64,000 nucleotides of DNA from Euprymna scolopes (lineage: Eukaryota), in assembly GCA_053919585.1 (NCBI GenBank), contig CM132793.1. The stretch is one strand, 5' to 3'. The notes below the pieces were generated by a model. That model saw only the letters and a program-made list of their open reading frames with translations, was not told where the DNA came from and did no database searches. Below are positions 54,491 through 64,000 of this stretch, piece after piece (position 1 is the first letter of the stretch; every line of letters begins with the position of its first letter). Position numbers and translations under genes: made by a program.

Positions 54491-54689
54491 GTGTGTGTGT
54501 GTGTGTGAAGAAAATATTACTACAAGAATAGAACAAGAGAACACATTCATAGGAAAGTATTAAGTTAATCTCTATTAAGTATGAATTGGAATTACAAAAT
54601 CTGTACATAGATATATAATTAGCTCAATGATATCTAACGTGTCTCCCAGATAAGTTACATATCTTTCAATAATAAAAACAATCTATCTA

Positions 54690-54743
<54 letters not shown>

Positions 54744-55334
54744 ACCGACTTCTCCCGATGATGAAAACTGAGGTCGAAACGCTATTTCTCTCTTTGCATA
54801 CCCTCAAATAGCAACCGTGATTATTATTATGGTCTCCAAAACAGGGAAAAGCCATCTCTTTTTTGTCAACGTGTTAATTTAAAAAAAAAAAGATCGAATT
54901 GGTGGCATTGATTTAATTATCGTATATAGTAAGAAAAATAAACCTTTTCAAAAATAAAATTCACAAAACAGTCAAATAAATTTACAAGTTAAAATACCTA
55001 TATATTAAAACAGAGAAAACGCATGACTTCCACAAACTTACTAAACAATAATACTATAAATTATTCAAATAAAATATTTCAACATACTATAAAGGATTAA
55101 TTTGGAACATAGTAAATCAAATCGATTCAGATAGCAACATAACTTACAAACTAGAAGATAGCATGATAGTGAATAAACTACACAGAAAACAACACACATA
55201 AAGCTTAGAAATTTAGCTTTATTAATAAGCCATCCACCAGAGCCATAAACCCCACCAGACCGGAAATCGTTAAAATCAATAGATCAATAGTGAAAGTATA
55301 AACTTATTTATTACGCCCACGTATAAAACAATAC

Positions 55335-55560
55335 GTATACTGCATATAATAACCATGCGTTACCAGATCTCGCCAGATCACCGAAGTTAAGCAACGGCTG
55401 AACTGGCTAATACCAGGTGAGTGACTAATTGGGAATATTATGCGCTGTATAAAGTTAGTGGACAGCACAACTATTTAAGCACATTCCTCATTCCGCTAGG
55501 ATTGGGAGACTCCTTGACAAGGCCGAGAATCCACTTCAGGTTAGGGAACGCAGGTGACTA
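55335..55560 (+). pseudogene. 5S rRNA-derived sequence (pseudogene or SINE3 head) with a GC-richer tail
   Basis: GATCACCGAAGTTAAGCAACG (5S box A region) followed by ggctaatac..gtgagtgac...tgggaata...gctgta, colinear with animal 5S rRNA but diverged. Confidence 0.8.
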
Positions 55561-55997
55561 ATGTAATACAGAAGCAATCAAGATTCATTCGATCCATAGT
55601 TTCGTATCTCGTTCTGCTGGGTACAATGCGTTTTGGCATAATGCGCACATTTCTTTGGAATTTAAACATTGTCACTCCTTTAACTGAATTTTGATCGTAT
55701 TTCTTTCCTTTTAGTTTATGAATTTTATTTAGAAAAAGTTTATACTAGCATGAAATAAATATTGATAATAATTTTATGGTTCAATTCACGAAAAATATTT
55801 ACCACAATTCACAGAAATTTATCGAGAAGAGACATTTTCGATTAAAATATACTTAGTACGAATAGCTAAATATGTTTTTTTTCTTTTCATAATATTATAA
55901 ATACATTAAAGTAATGCTTTTATCGAAATGCGTGCAGTAACATACACCCATATTTTTAGAGATAATTGTGAAATATGACATGTTAATAATATAATAA

Positions 55998-56285
55998 CGA
56001 CGGACTGCAAGCACTTATACCCCCTCGACGTAAGTACACAACAAACAGATGCAAGAGAGCCTTCTACTCCAGTAGTTTTTCCCCCAGAACTACTAGACTT
56101 TGGAATTTCCTTCCGGGCCCCTGCTTCCCCAACTGTAATGGCATGCAGAAGTTCAAGTGTAACGTGAACCGACATCTTGCTGCCCAACTTCCTACACAGT
56201 ACTCCTGATGCTTATGTCTGATAGTAGCCCCTTACATCCTAGTGGCAATATGCCTTGTTTCGGATGAAAATGTAATGAAAAGAAA
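55998..56285 (+). mobile_element. 3' fragment of LINE family A
   Basis: Matches 59810-60130, including the 3' UTR. Confidence 0.9.
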
Positions 56286-57582
56286 AAACAATCCTACAAG
56301 ATTATATTTAATTCGTACATCTTCTAAAATATTCTACTTCGTTTTTATTAACCTTAAAAGTATGCATAATTATTTCAACTTTAATATATTTATTACTTTG
56401 ATTCAATCATATTAATAAATAATTAATAATACATATAAATTATGGAACAATCATTTGAACTATGATGTTCTAAGCTCAACAATTGACTATTTAATTTATG
56501 TTTTAGAATTGTTTCTTAACTTAATTAAATTTCTATCCTTATCCATTCTACATCATTAATCCAATCTTATTAAATGAGTGTTCATATCTTTTAAAAACCA
56601 TTAAAATAAAAAGACGTAAAAGATTATGAAATGTTATACTTCTCTTCAAATTTATAAGATACCGTATATTTAATGGTACAAGTTTGATTGACATTTTTAA
56701 TATTTTATTTTGAATCTTAGATATTTTATTTATGATAATACATTTATATTAGTATTGATTAAATATGAAATTGCGTATTAATATAATGCTGAATTTTTAG
56801 TTTATTTGTCCTTTCGATATGTATTACTATTATAGACGAAAAATTAAATTATAAATCTACACCGTTTTACAAACCAATAACGTTGTTACCATAGTAACAG
56901 ACATATGACGTGACGATAACGCTGTTTTTTCTTCTGTTTAATCTTATAGAAAAGGTGTGACAGACTTTGACTATGCATCCCACTTAGAACATAATATTAT
57001 TAGTAATTGCCCTAGCTGTTCTTTTCTAGTATATCAATGCATGTTTTCATGCACTAACTTGAATTTTTATAGTTTAATTTTTTTATTATTACTTCAAACA
57101 TTTACTTTCATGCCAAACCAGAGATATCAGTTATATACGTAAATGCAAACAGTCGTTTTATTTATATAATCAATATAAGTATTTTTACTTACATTTGAAA
57201 CAAAAGTATAACTATAAATATATACACACACAGATACACAGATAACATACAACCCCTCACATACACACAGACATATGTATATATATATATACTTTTTCTG
57301 CATGTAAGTGGATCCCTTATAGTATATTCTAGGTAATTTTTCTAAATGTCGCACAACTGTAAAATGTATAAAATGTTCATATGTTCTCTACAATGCAACA
57401 ATATTTCCAGTGTATACTGCATTACGTTAAGGTAGAAGAATATAAAGCGCCATCACAGTACACGTAAATGTGCCCCGCATTAGAGGAAGTAAATCATGTA
57501 TTTTATTTTAAAATAATCGATTTCCCCGATTTTACTCACAACAAAAGTATCGATACTGTACAATCCTTGGCAACGTCGGGTC

Positions 57583-57642
<60 letters not shown>

Positions 57643-57646
<4 letters not shown>

Positions 57647-58043
57647 TGTATGTGTGTGTATGTTTGGGCGAAGAAATTCATTCGAGATTCAATAGGAATC
57701 CGGAGGATATATGAAAAATCTGTCAATTTTAAGTGTACAGATTCGAAATTTGGTATAAAGTGTACTGAGATTTTGGAAAATCGATGTGATAGATTTTCGA
57801 TAGAAATTTGGCGATTAAGTGGTCAATATTCAACGATTTGACCTTTGAAAACTCTACCAAACTCCTCCTACAATTTTGGGTCTAAACACGTGATATTTCT
57901 GATATAGATTCCTTGGACATCGATCTAACTTATTAACTTTACGTGATCCCTAAACAATAAATTTTAAGAGGTCATAATAGGGGGCAAAGTTGAGAAAAAA
58001 TGACTTTTTTTTCAGCATACACCTCAAAACACCTGGGCAACGC
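57643..58043 (+). mobile_element. Fourth copy of the Helitron-like element seen at 16908-18164
   Basis: Shared blocks 'gtgtactgagatt', 'caacgatttgacctttga.aactctaccaaactcctcc', 'ggtcataatagggg', 'acacctgggcaacgc'; the 3' end runs into a gap. Confidence 0.85.
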
Positions 58044-58280
58044 NNNNNNNNNNNNNNNNNNNNNNNNNNNNNNNNNNNNNNNNNNNNNNNNNNNNNNNNN
58101 NNNNNNNNNNNNNNNNNNNNNNNNNNNNNNNNNNNNNNNNNNNNNNNNNNNNNNNNNNNNNNNNNNNNNNNNNNNNNNNNNNNNGTATATTTTGTGTCTT
58201 CCTTAGAAGCTATTTCAGCGTGTTAAGCGTCTGCAATGTGTCTAGAATCAAGGACTTCTTTCCAACTATAGAACCCATCT

Positions 58281-60053
58281 TTGAATACATTTTTAAGCTG
58301 TAAATGTGTACAAACCTTGGAATGTTGTATTACATTACCTAAATATATGCGCATTTATTTGTTTCCCCCACTAACCAACAATCAGGATGTTCTTTGCTCA
58401 GCAACCGAGAAGGCTAACTTGCTTGCCAGTCGGTTTGCCTCAAACTCAACACTGGACCCTCTAAACCACCCCCTACCTCAATTTCCTATGCGGGCAGAAG
58501 CCACGCTAGACGATCTGGAAATCACCCCTGCCCAGGTGCATGCTATCATAAAAAACCTTGACACTTCCAAAGCATGTGGACCCGACCTCATCCCAGCTGT
58601 GCTATTAAAAAAGTGTTTAGCTGAAGTAGCTACAGTTCTCTCCAAACTCTACAACAAATGCCTTAATGTATCTTGCTTTCCGACCTGTTGGAAAACTGCT
58701 TCTGTGGTACCAGTATTCAAGAATTCTGGCGAAAGAACTAACCCATTAAATTATCACCCTATTAGCCTCCTCCCACTTTTTGCCAAAATATTTGAGACCT
58801 TAATTAACCATGCTCTAGTCCAGCACCTTACAGATGCTAAACTTCTGACCGACCATCAATATGGATTTAGACAAGCCCGTTCCACGGCAGACATCCTCAC
58901 TGTAATCTCTGAACGCATATACCATTCACTGGACAAAGCGGGAGAGGGCAGAGCGGTAGCTCTAGATATATCTAAGGCTTTTGACAGGGTATGGCATGAG
59001 GGTCTCCTCAGGAAGATTAGATCTTACGGTATCACTGGTAGAATACTTAACATAATTAAATCCTTCTTAGATAAGAGAAAAATCCAGGTTGTCCTCGACG
59101 GTCGTACATCTAAACAATATGATATAAATGCGGGAGTGCCCCAGGGATCTATCCTTGGTCCTCTGCTGTTCCTTATATTCATAAATGACCTCCCCGACAA
59201 GATTGCCTCTGAGATGGGTATATATGCTGATGACACCACACTCTATAGCAGGCACGACAGGAAAACAAATGTACATATATCTAAAGTAATGGCAGAAACA
59301 CTCGAGGATGACCTCCAATCAGTAGTGGAATGGGGACAAAAATGGATGGTAACGTTCAATACCACCAAGACAAAACTGGTTTCATTCAATAATTACAAGA
59401 ATCCTTCCCTACCACCTATAGCAATGGCCAACAACTCTTTATCTGAGAGTACGTCTTTCAAGCTCCTTGGCCTAACGTTCACAGAAAACATGAGTTGGAA
59501 CAATTACATCGAGGGCATTGCCAGGGCCGCTGCGAGGAAGGTGGGCTCTCTCTACCGTGCTAGAAAACTTCTAACACCCGAAAGTATCCTGTACCTCTAT
59601 AAGGCCACTATTCGCCCATTTATGGAGTATTTCTGTCATATTTGGGTCGGTGCATCGGCTACTAGTCTCTCGCTCCTTGACAGGGTTCAAAAGAGAGTCG
59701 CAAATCTGATAGGCCCTAAACTGGCATCTAAACTTCAGCCTCTTTCCCATCGTCGAAACGTTGCATCCCTCTGCCTGTTCTACAAGTATTATAATGGTGA
59801 ATGCTCTGAAGAACTGCAAGCACTTGTGCCCCCACGACGTGACCACCCTCGACAGACCCGACAAGCTACAAAATCCCACCCCCACACTGTAGAGATCCCT
59901 AGATGTAAAAGATCTTTCTACTCCAGTAGTTTCTTCCCCAAAACTGCTAGACTTTGGAATTCCATCCCAGGTCACTGCTTCCCCAACTGTACTGACATGC
60001 ATAAGTTCAAGTGCAACGTGAACCAACATATCGCTGCCCTAATCCCTACATAG
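58281..60053 (+). CDS. Reverse transcriptase ORF of a 5'-truncated CR1/L2/Jockey-group LINE (family A); endonuclease domain absent
   Basis: 590-aa uninterrupted ORF with KACGPDLIP, HQYGFR, ALDISKAFDRVWH, GVPQGSILGPLLFLIFINDL, YADDT, KLLGLTF. LINE homology begins near 58363; the earlier codons are probably flanking sequence. Confidence 0.95.
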   Translation: MNTFLSCKCVQTLECCITLPKYMRIYLFPPLTNNQDVLCSATEKANLLASRFASNSTLDPLNHPLPQFPMRAEATLDDLEITPAQVHAIIKNLDTSKACGPDLIPAVLLKKCLAEVATVLSKLYNKCLNVSCFPTCWKTASVVPVFKNSGERTNPLNYHPISLLPLFAKIFETLINHALVQHLTDAKLLTDHQYGFRQARSTADILTVISERIYHSLDKAGEGRAVALDISKAFDRVWHEGLLRKIRSYGITGRILNIIKSFLDKRKIQVVLDGRTSKQYDINAGVPQGSILGPLLFLIFINDLPDKIASEMGIYADDTTLYSRHDRKTNVHISKVMAETLEDDLQSVVEWGQKWMVTFNTTKTKLVSFNNYKNPSLPPIAMANNSLSESTSFKLLGLTFTENMSWNNYIEGIARAAARKVGSLYRARKLLTPESILYLYKATIRPFMEYFCHIWVGASATSLSLLDRVQKRVANLIGPKLASKLQPLSHRRNVASLCLFYKYYNGECSEELQALVPPRRDHPRQTRQATKSHPHTVEIPRCKRSFYSSSFFPKTARLWNSIPGHCFPNCTDMHKFKCNVNQHIAALIPT

Positions 60054-60138
60054 TACCCCAGTAGATATTTCCCCTGATAGTAGCCCCCTACATTAGAGTG
60101 GCAATGCGCCTTGTTTTGGGTGAAAATGTAATAAAAAA
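58363..60138 (+). mobile_element. LINE family A insertion, the least decayed copy in the window
   Basis: Intact ORF plus 3' UTR ending tgtaataaaaaaa. Confidence 0.93.
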
Positions 60139-60739
60139 ATATATATATATTTTGCAGCACTCTGGAGATCGTTTTTTACTATTTTTTTACTTACTTATCG
60201 AATGATTAACGGTATGCATAAATATCTCGGTTTGTAATCAATCTGCTTGGTTTCCAATATGATGGCACCCTCGATATATTGAGCTAGACTGAAATTTTGT
60301 GATACAAAACAACAGTCTTATTTATTTTGTTTTTTAAAACCTCGTACGACCAAGTGCAATTGAATTGTTCGATATAAGAGGCAACGATGATTACTTTTTA
60401 TTCCCGTCGTAAAGAGGCGAGCATGATATGCATTCCATAATCCAATCAAATATATATACAACATAACTTGGTGATTAAAAGATTAGGTTGGTTCCGTCAG
60501 CTCTGTATTTTACTAAATATTACTTGAAACTCTTTGAGACGACAAAAAGCAGATATGGCTATGTATATATCATGTGATGTGTTTGAAATTTATATTTTTA
60601 TATACTTTCAATTTTTTGTACACACACAATTTATAATATATGAAAACAGATGAGATCTAGCTAAATAATATACGGAAATTTTCAACTTAACAAGGATTGA
60701 TGTATTAGCTCATTAATTTCGGTCTTTTGAGTTTAAGCT

Positions 60740-60781
<42 letters not shown>

Positions 60782-61589
60782 CTAGATAGATGAATAGGCA
60801 GATAAATAGATAAATAGATCACATAATCGACAACTTGGATCATGTGTTCAGAGAGAAAACATTATAAATTTCATTTTTTTAGCCGACGGAAGGTATATCT
60901 TGGTTTTTATATTTTAATCATTACCGGAGCAAAAGGACTCACAGAAATAAAGAGGCCGATCCGGTAAGGAGAAATTGATAGGGCGTACGGTGAAAAATAG
61001 AGGATGAGAACGCTGCAGAAATGCATTAACATGTCTCAACCCCGCCTCAACCTCGTAAGAATAGTGTTGCACAGGCTGACTATTGTGGATCCGGGTTGTT
61101 TACCGCAAAAAAAAAAAAAAATGAGATACAGGCAAAATACGATCACGGAGAAAAGAGAAAAGAAGCTAGAAAGAAAAACAAATACATGTTTTCACACTTA
61201 TAGGCAAACGGACGTCAACAAAACTTACTTTTCGCTTTGGTGGACAGTGATGGAGAAACGAAGTGAGCAAACTTGTTACTATTGATAATAACTCCGCATT
61301 GAATGCGAGTTATGATGTCTCAACGTTGTATTCTGATCCTATTTTTGACCATTTGATGTTGTCACTCATAATTTTACCTTATATATTTTAGGTGAAGATT
61401 TAGGTTTAACTGTTGATCAGTAATAATAGCCGCATTCTTGGTGATGTAAAAGTAAAACTAAATCTCTCTTTTCAGATTTAATAGATTTATTACTGAATAT
61501 GTGAATGTTTACATTGGAAAAATGCATTAAACCTTTGCTTACTTTTATTTAGAATTTAATTCGCGAATAATAATCGAAAAAGAGAATAT

Positions 61590-61638
<49 letters not shown>
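61590..61638. repeat. (TAA)n microsatellite
   Basis: Direct observation. Confidence 0.95.
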
Positions 61639-61639
<1 letters not shown>

Positions 61640-62200
61640 TAAAAGGAAACCTTAACAAGGTAACTGCATCGCTGATAACAGCTGCGCAAGATAAAGCACT
61701 TAGAACAACGACATCAAAGCAAGGGTCGACAAGACACAAGAAAACAGCAAATGGTGACATTGCGAATCTTGAACACACAGACACATAGTAAAAACACAAA
61801 CCGGCAGCAGTACTGCAAAATGAAAGTCACAACCTCGTATGGGACATGGATATACATCGGATAAACCTATCCAAGCAAAATGACCGTAAATCATATTAGT
61901 TTACAAGAAGGAAAAGCTCTGCAATATTGCAGATTATACCGTTTCAGTAAACTACAAAGTGAATATCAAGGAGACTGAGAAGGGGAGCTAATATACGGAA
62001 TTAACCGGAGAGCTCAAAGAGGTCTGGAATATGAAGAAATTAAATATAACACCACTAATTGTAGGAGCGCTATGAACGATACCGAAAACAGTTAAAAAAG
62101 GATGGGAGAGATTTGAATCAGAGAAATGGCAGAGATGATATAACAAATATCAATAATGAAAACTGCAGAAATATTAAGGTAAACCTTTGAATGTGGAGAC
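61640..62200 (+). mobile_element. R4/Dong-clade non-LTR retrotransposon C-terminal remnant (restriction-like endonuclease region)
   Basis: ASLITAAQDKALRT, KARVDKTQENSK, KPAAVLQNE..LVWD, KETEK..Y.EL..ELKEVW, PLIVGAL*TIPK. Confidence 0.85.
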
Positions 62201-63049
62201 TTACCCCACACATAAACTACGCATAAACAGAACATAGAAACCGCTACAGATAACAAATACAAACGAACCTCATATGGTACTATTGAAAACTGAAACTATA
62301 TAATTGAAAAATACCACGCCTCCTTTTTTCAGCGAGTGTCAATAAAAACAGGCATCACACATAATAATGAGGGTCAAGGAGGATGGAAACACCGAGGAGA
62401 GAAAGCACTAGCCAGACCTCCGCTGGATAAGTGCAAATAGGACTGGGACCTTGGGGAGGCTTGCTGCTCCTCCAAATTCTAGTGAAGACCAATGCTCGCT
62501 GCAAACGAGAATCAATGTTAGGCGGCTATTACGATAATGCAAATTCTTTTGCAAAGGTAATCGAAAGAGGTAGAGAGACACTCAGACTCCAGGGGCCATT
62601 ATAAGTTTTTCTCAAAGAGCAATCTGCAATCTTTGATGTGTGCTTCTCNNNNNNNNNNNNNNNNNNNNNNNNNNNNNNNNNNNNNNNNNNNNNNNNNNNN
62701 NNNNNNNNNNNNNNNNNNNNNNNNNNNNNNNNNNNNNNNNNNNNNNNNNNNNNNNNNNNNNNNNNNNNNNNNNNNNNNNNNNNNNNNNNNNNNNNNNNNN
62801 NNNNNNNNNNNNNNNNNNNNNNNNNNNNNNNNNNNNNNNNNNNNNNNNNNNNNNNNNNNNNNNNNNNNNNNNNNNNNNNNNNNNNNNNNNNNNNNNNNNN
62901 NNNNNNNNNNNNNNNNNNTCCAGAGAGGCGACAGGCGAATTATCTTGTTAAATGTTAGTTCGAATTTATAACAGAGACGTTTTACCGATGTTGACGTAGA
63001 AATTTCCAAAGCGGCGGGGAAAATTGCCTTCCTCCTCTTTTCCCATACA

Positions 63050-64000
63050 ACATTGTAAGAATTATGGGACCTATCCAGTGACTACCATACGACAGAACAA
63101 AGAATTGCGGACAAGTAAGACTGATACTCAAGAAAATTTGGCTCTCTAAACTAGAACTAACAGAAATTCAGCGAAATATAAATGATGAAACTGAACAAGA
63201 AGCATCCCCCAACGGAACCGCACGTACATCAACCCCAAAAGTTAAAGCCTCACAAGTAAAAACACCAAAGCCTGAGGACCAACAAAGAACAAAGTATACA
63301 AGTGTGAAAACCGAGGACAATGAAACAGAACTAACAGAGAATGCGGCAAATGAAATAAATAAAATAATACAGCTGATGAACGAGGAAATAACAAAGCTCC
63401 CATCGTTAAGGAATCAAGAGCAGAAGAAACTATAAACAGAAACAGAGATGGTTAACAGACTCCTCCCACATACCCCAACAAATACAATCACAGACTTAAA
63501 CAACCTGATTTACGTAGGCGCCAAAATGGTAAGTATGAAACCCAAATCAGAAAAACAACCGGAGATAAACGGACCGACAAAACCTGGATGAGAAATAAGA
63601 TTAGAAACCAAAATACGCAAACATAAAAAAGAAACCAAAATGACCAACAGGATGAAAGCAATGTGGAGAAAACGGAATATTGGAAATGTAACTGACAGGG
63701 AGAGGCTAAACAAGAAATATGAAGAACTAGACCAAAAAATAAAAGCTAAAGAAGCGAGATTGAGAGGATATAGATATAAATCTGAACAATGCAAACAAAA
63801 CAGAACATTTGAAACTAATGAAAGCCAATTCTACCAAAATGTGAACGGAGGAAAAACAAAAACAGAACAACCTAATCCGACAGAAACAAAACTCTACTGG
63901 AGTAAAATATGGGAAGAGCAACGAGATCACAATAGAAATGCCGAGTGGCTGAAAAACCTGAAAGAAGAGTTACAACAAATATAAGGAGGAGTGAATGAAC
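63050..64000 (+). mobile_element. R4/Dong-clade ORF N-terminal region, decayed, continuing beyond the window
   Basis: TEQRIA-[shift]-QVRLILKKIWLSKLELTEI, LPSLRN, ITDLNNLIYVGA, QKIKAKEARLRGY, QNRTFETNESQFY, YWSKIWE..HNRNAEWL. Confidence 0.85.

Noticed and set aside
54755-54785. ccgatgatg...gtcgaaacgct, minimal-hammerhead-like; similar partial hits near 16298, 25197, 35110 and 63372
   Set aside because: Core or stem II incomplete; such partial hits are expected by chance or are too decayed to call.
59024-60160. Antisense ORFs overlapping the RT ORF
   Set aside because: Shadow frames of the LINE coding strand with no recognisable motifs.
8616-62971. ORFs containing X runs or YIYI/ERER/YYYY tracts
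   Set aside because: Artefacts of N gaps and microsatellites.

Overview
AT-rich, repeat-dense animal (probably invertebrate) genomic DNA with many (TA)n, (GA)n and (TAA)n microsatellites and numerous short N gaps. No host protein-coding gene can be supported. The window is mostly transposon debris: CR1/L2/Jockey-group LINEs (one 5'-truncated copy with an intact 590-aa RT ORF at 58281-60053), RTE and R4/Dong LINE remnants, a Gypsy integrase remnant, three Tc1/mariner remnants, tandem non-autonomous Helitrons, a 5S-rRNA-derived element and several Penelope-like element (PLE) fragments. The main signal is invisible in the ORF track: about a dozen type I hammerhead ribozyme (HHR) motifs, ranging from complete to degenerate, in at least four families. 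Two families are small non-coding repeats joining a tRNA-like Pol III promoter (A/B boxes) to an HHR with a palindromic stem III (family 1 ACACUAGUGU, family 2 ACAGUACUGU). Family 1 includes a head-to-tail dimer at 39044-39600 with cleavage sites 322 nt apart, a structured spacer, and no Pol III terminator (T4) on the ribozyme strand. This fits a Pol III-driven, retrozyme-like, circular-RNA-producing element, possibly mobilised by the local PLEs, which carry their own HHRs. All alignments and folds were done by eye. Ribozyme activity and expression are inferences.
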